From Vicugna vicugna (lineage: Eukaryota), in contig MU058463.1 in the NCBI GenBank assembly GCA_013265495.1, positions 2,689,523 through 2,753,522 of the forward strand: a stretch of DNA of 64,000 nucleotides. Reading direction: 5' to 3'. This document shows positions 24,950 through 37,700 of the stretch, piece by piece. Made by a program: the position numbers and the translations under genes. The first letter of the stretch is position 1, and every line of letters starts with the position of its first letter. The notes below the pieces were generated by a model, which made no database searches, had not been told where the DNA came from, and saw only the letters and a list, made by a program, of their open reading frames with translations.

Positions 24950-25950
24950 AAGCAATTCTTTCTCTACCTGCTGTTTAAACCTCAGTCCCCTAGGCCTTTG
25001 TTCTCAGGCCTTTGTTCTTTTTGTCCTGAACATTTTGCTTTTGATGACTCTCTCCAAACCCATGGCTTCGGCGGCCACTTGGGACTTTCCAATCTATTCC
25101 CACAGCCTAAGCCATTCTGTCGAGGCCATTTATTCAACTCCTTGCTTGGCATCTCTGCTAAGGTACCGCACAGGTACCTTATACTCAACAGGCCTGAACC
25201 TGAATTTGCCAGCTCACGGCCTGCAAACAAGCCTCTCCTTCAGCTCACCCGCTCTTGGTGCCCTCCCAGCCCCTCAGATGAGAACACTGGCAGTGCTTCC
25301 CTCTCGCCAGTCTGCCTGACACAGTTGCTCAGTTACCAAGGCCTGGGGCTTCCCCCTAAATATTTCTCGTATCTTTTCCCTCATCACCATCCCTACTGTT
25401 GACTCCTAAAGTCTGGGTCCCCTCACTTCTCTCCCAGATGATACCAACTCCCAATGCAGCCGTCAGATCATTATTTCTTCAAGTACAAAAGTTATCTCAT
25501 TATTTCCTTGTATAAAATCATTTCATAATATTTGACAGGTTAGTGTTAAATTTGAAGCATTAAAAAATAGCTAATTTCTAGGACTCTGCCTACTTATCTA
25601 GCCCTTCATCTCCAGACTGCATGCTGAGGAATAGTCCCTGTAAGACATTAATAAATAGTCCATATTAAAAGGATTCTGTGATCAAATGTGGTCTAGTCTT
25701 GTCCGTCTTCCACACTGCCCCCTGCCATGAATTTGATTTAATTTACATTTACACGTATATGAGCATTTTTCTGCATTCCCTCTCAATCCAGCAGGTCATA
25801 TTATCATAGTCCTCACTGCATTGTACTATAATAATCTATTTACTAGATTATTTACTTATTCAAAAATAAACAACTTGAAGGCAGGATCTAGTTTGATTTA
25901 TGACCTCAGAGCCTAGTGATGTGCTCAATAATTTACTGTTAAATTAATGT
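24950..25950 (+). mobile_element. L2 LINE fragments
   Basis: ccttgcttggcatctct...tactcaaca...tttccttgtataaaatc...gtgctcaataa L2 3' motifs. Confidence 0.65.
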
Positions 25951-26907
25951 ACAAATATGTTAGATGCTGGAGTGAACAAGTTGCAATTCTTACCATTAAA
26001 GAATCCTATGGAAGGAAACACATATTTTATAAATAAAAATAGTACCAACTTAGATACCAGTTACTCACAAATTACAAGAGGCTGGGATAGGGAGAGAGAT
26101 GTCTTGAGAGAGACGAAGAGTTGAAGAAGGTGAATTCAAGACACTAGTCAATACCCAAACCTAGTAAAATAAAGCAATAGTTCACAAGTCCATCCCTTTG
26201 AAACAATTACTCCTCCATGTGCCTAACCAAGTGAGATTTCACTCTCTATCTTAAAAAAGTAGCTTTTACAATTCCACATAATACTTTTTCCAAGTCTAAT
26301 AATTTGGTGAGAAAGCCTTACAGTCTAAGAAAGAATTGGTGGCAGAGCTTGTTCACAATAGGAAGGGCCACTTTGTCAGATAGTGGATTCCCTGGCACTG
26401 GAGATGCTCAGACAGAAGCTGGATGCCCTGCTTTGGGGGAATGTTTTGGAAGATGTCTCCACACTGGGTGAAAAGATAACTAATCTTATATAAGGTCAAC
26501 TCCAAACATGTATTCTATTATTCTGCCATTTATTTCTAATAGTTAACAACAAAACTCTCCTTTTTCAGATGCTCAATGACAGAAAAGAGCTTTGATATAA
26601 TCATTTTACTCTTTAAAGCCTAAATTTCTCAGGCTTCATATTGTATGGTACAGAATATGCAATTTCCTTTTATTTGTGTATTAGATTTCTCAAATTCTGT
26701 GGACTTTTTCTTCCACCTTTAACCCTATTTAGTGATTAAAATGAGTTTTAGTTCTGCTTACAGAATGTATATGTATGTGCATGCACAAGAGAGAGAGGAA
26801 GAGAGAGACAGAAGGCTTCTAGTCTCTATGGGGTTGAATGTCAAGAGAGATTTATTTTTATTCCTTCCAAACACTTGGTCAAAAGGGTTATATTTGCAGC
26901 AGATTAC

Positions 26908-26972
26908 GAGGGTTAACAAGGGACTTGAATCTTGAAGCGCCATTCATCTTGAAGTAGCAAGTGCCTGGTCTC
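26908..26972 (-). pseudogene. Pseudo-exon, N-terminal (ETRHLLLQDE / ALQDSSPLLTL)
   Basis: Acceptor ttccatttatag, donor gtaatc. With one frameshift it resembles the recalled RGSL1 N-terminus ILLEDEVFADFFNTFLSLP. Confidence 0.45.
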
Positions 26973-27841
26973 CTATAAATGGAATGTCATGTTATTTTTA
27001 GATGACACTTTTGCCAAGAGGATCCAGGACACAGTGAACAATGTTCCATCTGATTAGTGACCTTATTTAAACAAGTGAATGGCTGCGGTTCCTTAACGTT
27101 ACTTGCAATAAGTCTGTGGCAAGCCTATTCCCTAAGTGAGGGTGCATTATTTAGTTCATAAATTTAAAAGAGAAGGGGAAAAAAGGCTTTCCAATAATGC
27201 AGTCCTGTTTACTAACAACAGAACACGGAAGTTTGAGATGAGAGTTCTACCGGAGTAGAGGTAAGTAGGGCACTGAGGTGCATTTCCAACCCAAGAGCTC
27301 TTAAAGGGTCCTCACTGACGTTTATGTTGCAGCATTTTCTAAATTCAGATCTGCTCATCCAGAAGTCAGAGTCCAAAGGCCAGCCATTTAGGCAGATTAC
27401 CCCCACACCAACACATCCAGGAGTAAAAAGGAGACACAGAATATTAGATAGGAACAAAATAAGTGTGAGTGTGCACTATTTTATGAGACCACTTCAGTCA
27501 AGAAAACCATGTTATGAAAAACAACCCCCCAGGTAGGTGGCTGGGATGCTTATGAGTGCATGAGGAGTCATCTGTAAGCAGGGAGCCATGTGTGGTTGTT
27601 ATTCTGTCACTATGAAAGAAGGTTCTGGAAGGTTTGTCTGCTAGATTATAATAGAGTCACTTGGGGCTAAAAAAGGTTCCATTGGATTTCCATATCTAGA
27701 TTCTCTTTTTTTTAAAAAAGTCTTTTGTTGAGGGACCACACAAGAAACAATACAAGTTTAGCAATAAGCTTTAAAAAGTAGAAGATTTTTCAAGTCAAAT
27801 TCCATTTCTTCCTTGACCTTTTAGGCTCCTCACTTTTATCC

Positions 27842-28110
27842 TTTTTTTTACTGAAGTGTAGTTGATTTACAAAGTTGTGTTAGTTTCTGGTGTACAGCAA
27901 AGTGATTCAGTTATACACATATACATACTCTTTTTCCAATTCTTTTATAGGTTATTATAAGATATTGAATATAGTTCCCTGTGCTATGTAGTAGGTCCTT
28001 GTTGTTTATCTGTTTTATGTATTGTAGTTTGTACCTGTTAGTGCCAAACCCCTAATTTATCCTTCCCCTCAATTTCCCCTTTGATAACCATACGTTTGTT
28101 TTCTCCATCT
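27842..28110 (-). mobile_element. Truncated artiodactyl-type L1 3' end, antisense
   Basis: actgaagtgtagttgatttacaa...tgtacagcaaagtgattcag...gttccctgtgctat. Confidence 0.9.
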
Positions 28111-28477
28111 ATCCTCATTTTCTTAAATAACCAAACTCTCAAATGGTAGGACTTGAATACAGCTCCTAAATTTAGACAGAGGACTGATTCATACAAATCA
28201 CTGCCCTAAGGCATGTACTGGAAGAATCTTCTTTGAATTGACAGTGTCTTTTCCCAGAGCAAAGTCCTAGAATGTCCTTTAGAGGGAGGAAAAAGAAACT
28301 ATTCTGTATCATCACAAAGCTCAGGGTAAGTTTGGGCTTATTAAATTCAAGTGGCAAGCAAACTGATCTCAAGGGGGACCACCGTATGTCTAGGTTCACC
28401 AGTTCTGTTGGAGGGTATAAAAGGAGTTAGAGAACCCTGAAATCCCCCAACACCTGCTAGCTCTCCTAACAACCTAG

Positions 28478-28668
28478 TGCAGGATTGCTGAAAGGATGCT
28501 CAGTGACTGTCTACATCAGTATCACCTGGGGTATCATTAAAAATATAGATGTCTGGACATACCCCAATCATGCTGAGTCAGAGTCTCTAGGTGTGGGGGC
28601 CAAGAATCTGCATACTTAACAAGTTCCTAGGATAGTCCTTATGCTAGAAAATTTTGGAAAGCACTACC
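28478..28668. mobile_element. MER5-type hAT-Charlie element
   Basis: catcagtatcacctgggg...gagtcagagtctctaggtgtggggc..aatctgcatacttaacaag. Confidence 0.7.
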
Positions 28669-30558
28669 ATGGTGGCGGGTCTTCAACTAGATTCCTCTTC
28701 CAAGATAGAGATTGAAACACAACTGAATGAGAAGTTGAGTAGGAGACCAAGTTCCCTGAACCTTAAATAGTACCCTACTTTAGATGGCTTCTGTGCCGAT
28801 TACTGGGTGACCTTCTAGTCTTAGGTGACACCTTCTCACATAGAAAATCCTTGGGCTACTTTGAATGCTTGTAACTCCTCGGACCCAACCAGCTACTTAG
28901 AAGCTGAATGTTCCTTTGTGGCTACTTCCTGTTCCACACAGCAGTGGCTCTTGCTACATGTTTTATGCACATGGCGTATAGTCAGGGTTTTGTTGAAGGA
29001 ATGCACCATCTGCAGTTTAGGATCCCAGCTGTACTGAAACCAGGAAACAGCAAGTTCTTTGCAAGACAGGTTGCTCCCAAGAGGAATTTTCATATCACTT
29101 TTCAAATATAGGCACTAAAATATGCTTCTTCCCTTGGGAATCATTTCAAAGATAAAGTACACTTGAAATCCTTTGAGGTTCCCTTATATCAAATCAACAT
29201 ATCATACAAAAACAAATGGCATTTCATAGGCTGGCAATCACAAGCAAAGAGGGGACAGAACTCCTTTAATTAACTCATTAGACATGGCTATTTTTTGAAA
29301 AATAAAGCCAGTGCCTATCACAGAAATCCCAGAAATAATCACGATAAATAGCTTTACAAGTTATTTCCTGTGCTGTTTTGCTTTGAAATTTTAGTCCTCT
29401 CCCTAGCTTTCTTTCATTCAGGCGACTCAAACACAAAAACACGAGATTGCAGCCCATTAACCCAAGAGAACACTGGCGGGCCATGGACACCATCTTTGCT
29501 GTCTGGACCTTTGACTGAGGAAAGTGACTAGACAGGGCAGTGTGACATAGTGCGTAACCCATCTGAATTGGTGGTTTTCCCGTTGCTCCTTCTTCTGGTC
29601 AGGCTGGAGGCTTTTGTGACAAGAGCAGCAACTACTGTGGGGTAATTATGTGTAGTTATAGAAAACAGACTAATGCCAGCCAAGCACAACGCCCGAAAGG
29701 ACTGGTGGTGTTCCTTGTTAAATGTGTTGTCAAGCTGACCGTGCCCTTTATTTATCTCTAACACAACATGCTTATTCTGCCCCATCCACTGGATTCACCC
29801 TGCAAATTTATGAGGCTCTATTAATCTTCTGCCCTGCTGACTATCTCTGTTGCAAAGTGTCAGCAGACTTTTGTACCTTGCTAATGTACAAAGGGCTTCC
29901 TATGAGTAATATCAGCATTTTGCCTTTTAATTGCACATATAATTTTTAGGTCTTACAGCTAATAAGGGAATTGAGACCACAGTTCATCACTGTCTCGAAT
30001 GGTACTCCAGGGGTGTGGGGACTGTGGAAGCTGAGAGAAGAATAGAGCTGTTCTGGTTCCAAGCAATCGTTTCTCTCATTATAATGGTACCATCCCTACT
30101 CTAGTGTTAAGGGTCTGTCACTTTTCCCATTATACACCCCACTTTTCTGGGGCTTTATAACTCCTCAGTAAAAATGTATTCTTCTTTGAAAATTTTTCAT
30201 GTTGGATCTTAGCTTGTGAGTATTTTTTTATCATCTTTTATATCAATTCCAAAAGAAATGTGCTGTGTGATTTTTTTTTTTAAATCAAAGAAAACAACAT
30301 CATCTCTTGGTCAAACTCCTGAACTTCGAAGGCTTTCAAAGTGGGTGCACTTCTGCTAATCCTTCAACTGACCTTTTTTCTATTGGATTTTTTTTTTTAA
30401 TGCAGACTTAGTTTTAAGTACTTTCAAGGAAAAAAATGTTAAAATAAATGGGGGATTAGTGTTTGCAATGTGGGCATTTTGCTTTTGCATTAATAGCCTT
30501 TCACAAACATTTTTACTATGCCTGAAAAATGTGCATTATTGATGAGTGTACTTCTTAC

Positions 30559-30750
30559 TGTGCAAAAGCCATTAGGAAAGAAATGAAAGGCCTGTGGCAG
30601 GAAGTGAGTGCACAGGGAGGACCGGGCTAGGTCGCGTTTTCGTTTAGCAGTCAGGGAGTGCCTGCCATGGCTGTCCTGCTGAGACTGGACCACTTTGTTT
30701 GCATCTTCTTTATAGGTCCCTCCATAGTTACTGCACCCCTCTTTGGGCAT
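30559..30750 (-). other. Stop-free candidate exon, 64 codons, product unknown
   Basis: Acceptor tcttttccag, donor gtaaga, 192 nt phase 0-0: MPKEGCSNYGG..FHFFPNGFCT. Confidence 0.3.
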
Positions 30751-32719
30751 CTGGAAAAGAGATACTCATGAAAGTGTAATTATATGGCATTGAAAGCAAA
30801 TTGCTTGATGCATCAGACACAGAAAACCAGACCCTAAAATTTGAGGCAGAGGCTGCTGTAGGTGTGACTCAGAGAGTTAGATTGTGGATTGATGTCCTTT
30901 CTGTGGCTTTGATGCTGGGCAGGCAGGGCAAAAAGAACCAGAATGGCTGCACATCAGCCTGATTCCATCAGGCCAGGAAGGTTCCAGCAAAACTGAATGC
31001 ACTCTTTGGCAGCTTGAGCTTCCTGTTTCCTTCTTCCCCTTGTGGCATCTATATTTCCTCACATTTGAGCACCAGCCCATGGGGTTAAGCGACCTCACCA
31101 CGAGATGGAGGCCTCCTCTCTCCAGGGCTGTGACCCTTGAGGTCCTCAGTGTGGTCTTACTTTGCTCATTTCTGGGAGTTCAGGAATTTTGGGCCATTCT
31201 TGGCTGAATCCCTGAGCCATGTGAAGAGCAGAAGAAAGTCCTCTGATGTTCCCAGATGTACCATGTAAGGTACCAAGTGAGATGCGATAACAGAGGGTCT
31301 CCCTATTTATGGAGAAAAATCTCAAGTTCTCTACTAAAATGGAATTCAGAGGGGAAAAAAGCTAACTGAATCGAGTGACTACTGTGTGCCATCCATTCTC
31401 TCATTTATTTCTTGAATTAGCTTGGATTATAGATACTATCTTCATGAGATGAGAAAGTTGGGATTGAAAAAGCTGAAGGAACTTTTCCAAGATCTGGCAT
31501 TCAAATCCAGACCTTCCAGGTCTACATATAAGCAACCTTTCTTGTATCATGCAGTCAGAGCCCCAAAGAAGAGATCGGTATATAGCTTAGGGTTTAGCCC
31601 TAACGTCGTGGTTTAAAACATGCTATTCCTGTAGTCACTCTCCATCTTCACTTTTGCCTTGTTATTTATTCATTTGGTCTTTCATTAAAAAAATATTATT
31701 GAAAGATCAACCGTAAGCCAGATGTCAATATGTGATGTCTCTGTATCATTTACATACGAGATGCTGCTACTGCGGTTGCTTCCTACATGCACAATGGGGC
31801 CCAGGAGGCTGATGCGAGCAGCAGCGCTGGCCCCGTGGAAGGGCAGAGACGGGGCGTTAGGCCACCACAGATGAGCGACAGGACCTTCTACGTGTTTTTT
31901 ATCTCACTGTGTCACATGAAGTGTTTTTTCAATCATGCTCTATGATTATTTTGCCTGACTTTCAGTAAAAAAAAAAAAAATGAGTAATAATCACTTCTAA
32001 CCCTATCACAGCAACTTTATGACTGAAAGAATCTTGTTACTCAGGCAAGTAGAAGTTTACATGGATTATTTTCTTAAATAAAAATCAATTTGATCCAAAG
32101 AATAAGAACTTTATAGTCAAAGAGTTCTTTAGATTACAGTAAAAACGAAGAGGATATCTTCAGTCTTTTTTTTTTAATAGCTTAAAATTTGTGCTTATCC
32201 TAGGATAACTGTTTCTGGCTGTCAGTTTCATCATCAGTAAGACCAACCAGTAATACTGAATAAGAAGACTCAATTCTTGTATATGTGACAGCATAGTTCC
32301 ACAAACTGTTTATCAGTGTTGGAAATAAGACTTTGCATTTCTGGTGCACGTCAGCTACTGGAATCCTTCTTGCTTTATACAGAGAAAATTCTCTTGAGAC
32401 TATGACAATGAATCGGATCTATAGGTCATAGATTCAGAATCATACACAAAGTGGCACTTTCCTGGGAGAGCTCCTTTGAGGAAGAAGACATAAATTTGCA
32501 TTTTTTTCTTCCAACATATTTGGTAGAAAACCAATAATATTAAAGTTGTGAATGTGTGTTTTTTTCCTGTCACTGAGATCAGAGTCCACCTTAAAATACT
32601 TTCAGAAAAGGCCTTATGATGGACTCTAACTAGAGAGGGGGTTTACTTATTATAAAGACTATTTCCAGTCTTCAAGTTACATTAAGAGTGAGTGTGTGAC
32701 CATGTTCATGTAGACTTTG

Positions 32720-32930
32720 TTGCAAGGGCTCTGGGGTCAGAACATCCAGGTCTGACTTCTAGTCCATCACCTATTAGCTGTATAATTTAGGCCAAGTTAC
32801 TTAACCTCTGTCTGCCTCAATTTCCCCATCAAAAAATGAGGATCAGATTAAACTGCCCCAGATAGTTACTGTGAAATTTAAATTATATTATATAAGGAAA
32901 ATACATAAAACTATTCCAGGCACCTAGTGC
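32720..32930 (+). mobile_element. MIR SINE
   Basis: ttagctgtataatttaggccaagttacttaacctctgtctgcctcaatttcccca. Confidence 0.75.
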
Positions 32931-33231
32931 TACATGATTTTAAAATTTCCAAAGTCTCATTCCTCTGTCAGTTTTGTTGCCACCTCTATGAACATCTCTA
33001 AAGCCCACTGAATAGAGAAATAATTTCTCATTTTTTAATTCTAAAAGCATTTTTTACAAAATGATTGGCAATCCAAAGATAGAAGCTCCTAATGTGCTTT
33101 TTGAATTTGTCTTTACGTCATGGTGCTAAAACTGCGCAGTAAGTCTAGGGAAGAAACTAGAGGGTATTTTTTAAAACTGTAACTGACAGATGTGTATCCT
33201 ATTGTAACTGATGGAAAGAGATTTGGTTATC

Positions 33232-33728
33232 GGAGTAGACAGCCTCGAAGATGACCCTCAATGATCACTGCCTTCTGCTATTCGAGCTCTTATGTCATCA
33301 CTTCCCTTTGAGCATGGGCTGGGCTGACTGTCTAGCTTCTATAATAGAAGTGATGGACTCTCATTTCTGAGGTTAGACTGTGGCTTCTGTCTTGCACAAT
33401 TTCTGTCACTCTCTCAGATCACTCACTCAAAGGGGAAACCAGCTGACATATCATGAGGCAGCTTCACGGGAGGTCCACATGGTGAGAGACCAAGGCTTGC
33501 CCAAAACTACATGAGCGAGTTTGGAAGTGGATCTTCCTGACCAGTCAAACTTTCAGATGGGACAGCAGCCCCTGCTATGAGCTTGACTGAACCTCACAAG
33601 AAACTAGAACCAGAGGCACCCAGCTAAGGGCACCTGGATTTCTGGCTCATGGAATAGTGAGATCATAAATGTTATTTTAAGATGCTGAGTTTTGGGATAA
33701 TTTGTTACACAGCAATAGATAACTGATG
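33232..33728 (+). mobile_element. MaLR solo LTR (MLT1F/G-like)
   Basis: aagatgaccctcaatgatc...ccctttgagcatgggctgg...tttgggataatttgttacacagcaatagataactga. Confidence 0.85.
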
Positions 33729-33782
33729 CCAATATTGTTGACTCAAAAGAGCCAAAAATTTCCAGTTTCAGCAGGAGATAAA

Positions 33783-34026
33783 CCAGGGTTTGGAAAACTA
33801 TGATTTGTGAGCTAAATTCACTACATATCCTTTTTTTTCTTTTATTGAGATGCAATTAGCATTTTTATTCATGCAGCCCCCAAGCTAAGAATTATTTTCT
33901 CAGTTTTAAAAGGTTGTAAAAAAGAAAATAAAACAAAGAACAATACGTAAATGATACTTATATTTGGAAAGCAAGTCCTAAAATGTTAAGTATCTTTCCC
34001 TTTACAGAAAAGTTTACTGACCCTCA
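33783..34026. mobile_element. MER58-like hAT element
   Basis: cagggtttggaaaacta...ctttacagaaaagtttactgaccct terminal inverted repeats. Confidence 0.7.
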
Positions 34027-34495
34027 AGATAAACCATTGCACTTCCCAGAGGACAGTCAGCCCTTCTAAAGTCACCTGAAAAAACTGCAGACTGTAGAAC
34101 AGAGTTGTTCAACACTCCAGATGGTTGACTCTTAAATGAGCTGTCTCCTCTAGTCTGTGCCAAATGTTGTGTGTATTCCTCTACACAAGAGTAAAATAAT
34201 AATTATCAACCATCTCTAGTTATATAAAGTTATCCGGATAGAGACTACTTAAAAAAAGAACAAAAGCACTCTACATGCCTGTGCATATACCGAATTTTAT
34301 TTTTAAGTGTGTATTTTAATTAATGTCCTTAAAAGTCTAGGATTTGAATAGACTGTATGTGTCATAGAACCTCAGTTATTTATGTATATTAATTCTGTGT
34401 TCTAGAGGCCAGGAATCCCCCAGGACTTAAGGCATGAGGACAGTTGGACAATCACCCTGTCTGTGGCTACAGCAGAAGAAAAGCAAGCTCCAGAC

Positions 34496-34790
34496 AAGTG
34501 CTACTTAAAGTGTGGTCCACAGACCAATGCTGTTCTATGTGCTGTTTCTAAGCTGTGTATGATAGGATAAGAATGAAAATGGAGAGAAAGCATTTAAAAA
34601 CTAGTATAGCAATTGACAAACTAAGTGTCCGTTGAATGTAATTATTAAAAAATTAAAGCTACTCTTTTGTATATCTTTGGGTTTTTATCTAATTTTTCTT
34701 GTAATAATTTTGACCATATTTTACTAAAATATCAGTCTATAAGGGATTGGGATTTTTTAAATGGTCCTTCATGATACAGAGATTGGGAAT
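34496..34790. mobile_element. Non-autonomous hAT-Charlie fragment
   Basis: caagtgctacttaaagtgtggtccacagacc...tggtccttc...ttgggaa. Confidence 0.5.
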
Positions 34791-37700
34791 GTTTTAGGAG
34801 GTCATTAAAAAGCCTTCAATATCTTAAGGTTAAGTCAAGGTTTTTATGACAAGGTCTATATCAATACTATAAATATTTTGCTCAACCATAGTAATGAGCG
34901 AAAGCCCACAAACTGAAAGAAATACATAAATGCTGATCAAAGATTTGTCACTCAGGATGATCATATACCAGTCCTGCAAAAAGTTAGGATGTCTGCCTCT
35001 CCTTTCTCAATGCCCTCCTCTCAATATTTATTTTACTATTTAAGCAAGATATGCTAAAGACAGGTACTTCTCTCCTCTGCTCTATTAAACAGAAAATCTC
35101 TAGGAATGAAAGGGATTATAGTAAGTGGATGGAGTTGTCAAAAATTTGCAGCACATCGTGCAGGGATGACAAACCCTTGACACCATCATTGGGTCCTACC
35201 TCCAAGACAGACATTACTACCAGTCAACACATGCTTTCCTGCCAAGCCAGATGCAGTTGCAGGAACCTTCCCATCAGAGCATTCATCACTCAGAGCAGGC
35301 CGACGAACTGAACACTGTTTGCCACCTCCAGTAAAAGGAGATGAGCAACGTATAACAAGAATTAGCTCCCAGCCTGGTTCTGACAGCCAGCGCTTTGAAT
35401 CTGCCCCACTTTCAATAACTCTCTAGATCTGTGTGTCATCTGTAACACGTGGGTGGGACTAGATCAGGGATTCTTACACTAGAATTTAATGCAGCCTTTA
35501 AAAAATGTTGATGCCTGCCCCCCAACTATCAACTGAGTCTTTTTTAGAGTATCCAGCGGCACCTTAGGCATTGGTAATTTTAAAAGCTGCTTCAGTGATT
35601 CTAATGCACAGCCAGACCTGAAGACCACTGGATGACAAGACCTCTTTGGTCCTTCCAACTGTGATATTCAAAACTCTATGATGATTTGAAGCAATAAGTC
35701 TGTCACACAGACGTAGAGATTGGATTGGTTAAGGCTTCAAGACCCAGCGTAATCCCTTAGGTAGTTATAACTAGAGAGAATAAAAGGCATAGGGATTTTG
35801 AACTATGAGGTAAGAATTCTGTCTTAGGTGCATGGGATCACAGCCATTCAAGCATCACTCTTGTGGTTTATACAACTCCTCAGGATACCTTGTAAGAATT
35901 ATAGTCCCATAAATCACTGTTGATATTACTACAGGTGGCCATAGTTTATAATAATGATAACTGTTAATGATACTATGCATTGTAATGATCCAAGTTCTTT
36001 TATCTGAGGACCTCAATGCATCTGATAGCTCTTAACTCATTAATTTTAATCTTTTTATGATAAGGGCGTAGGCTCATAATTATCATCCCATTTCATAGGT
36101 GAAAAAACTAAGTCAACCTGTTACCTGAGTATCTGTATCACACATGCTTAAATTCAATCCAGAATCTACGGTATAGGTTTTATTCTTATGCTGCTAAGCA
36201 GCTAGAGGTTTAAACATCCTTTCCCAAAATTCCCATAAAGGATAACCCTATTTTACTTATCCATCCATATCTACTATTTCATAGACACTGAAGATACAGA
36301 GATGAATCATTGTCTTCATAAGGGGTTGAAAGAGAGACAAATTAATAAATACTCACCATAAAAGTGACAATCACTTTAATAGAAATACATCTGTAGTACC
36401 ATGACTGCACTGAAATGAAATGGGCTGACTCCAACACTGGGAAAGTTGAGGGCAGGTGTTCCAGAGAAAGTGACTTGGGAGTTGGGTTTTGAAGAGTACC
36501 TTGAGTTCAGAGAAAATGGAGAAGTGTGTTCCAAGTAGAGTTTCATTTTATTGAAATATCAGACACGTGATGGCGATGTCTGCTATGTCTGAGTGGGGAT
36601 GGGGAGCAGATAAAGTTGGAAAAGAAAGTTGGAAACAAATCCAGGTTCCTTAGACATCGTTAAGGGTTGTGGTGTTTTTGCCATAAGCAAACTGTATTTA
36701 TGGCTTGCATTTATATGTACATTCTCCTTTCAATATGAAACATTTTTGTAAGCATATGCTATTGTTTTAATGTTCTCTTTAGAATATATTTTAAAAACTT
36801 GAGAAGATAATAGAAAAACTACACCATGGATTTCTGCATTTTTGCAAGCAAGAAATACTCTCAGGGTATTTCACTCATCACCTGCCAATTTCCTGAACTG
36901 AGTGATGAGGGAGTCTGTTTAGAACTACAGAATGTTAGAATCAAAAAAGACCCTAGAGGTCAACCAACTTCAGAAGCTTTCAAACCACCGGCCACTAAAC
37001 AAAGCCTCTAGGCTCACACCCTGTCCACTTGTGTTGGGTAGCATCTACACAGTGTGTTCTGTGAGAGGCTGCATTGTCTAAGCACTCCATTAAAAAGGGA
37101 AGGTCCATGGTCAAGGAAAAAAGCTCTGCATTCTAGAATTCTCTCTTAGAATATCACAAAATACATTAGGATTATAGAGGAACCCTGTAGAAGAGAATCT
37201 TGCTAAGTTTTTTAAAACCAATTATTTCCCAAACTTATTTAATAATACAACTATTTCTTTAAGAACTCCAATTAACAATCAGCCTTTTCCTCTCTTGTAT
37301 TAATCACCTAGTATTACTGATTTTAACCTGCCCTTCAAACTCAAACTTTCTGGCTTCCTCCCTCCTTTTCTTCTTTCTTTCTTGCTTTCTTCTTTCCCTC
37401 TCTCTTTCTTTCTTTCCTTCCACCTGAGACATTTTCTCAGCTCCTAGCAAGTCAGAACAGAAAGAAGGCTGTCGCTCATATCCTCCTATTCTTTACTCAT
37501 GCACTCAGATTATACTCACAGCAGACTTGAGGGTGGCCCACCTCAGCTGGGAATAAAAACAGAATTCTCCCTTCAAGTGCTTCTTTGTTGTTCATCTTTC
37601 TTGGACATCCTTTCCTGGCCACTCTTCTCTTCTGGGCTCAAGTACTTCTGAGGATTTGCCCTTCTTACCTAACTGTCAGCTATCCATGGTGGCAGCAATG

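Larger units (their letters stand above)
1..26972 (-). pseudogene. Decayed multi-exon gene of the RGSL1/RGS22 (multi-RGS-domain) family; probable unitary pseudogene, runs off the window start
   Basis: About 20 non-repeat blocks bounded by minus-strand polypyrimidine-AG acceptors and GT donors, several phase-compatible. Translations contain many stops and frameshifts but show RGS-like motifs in the same order as recalled human RGSL1. Confidence 0.7.

Noticed and set aside
24938..25402. 154-aa plus-strand ORF
   Set aside because: Lies in degenerate L2 sequence; no recognisable protein or splice context.
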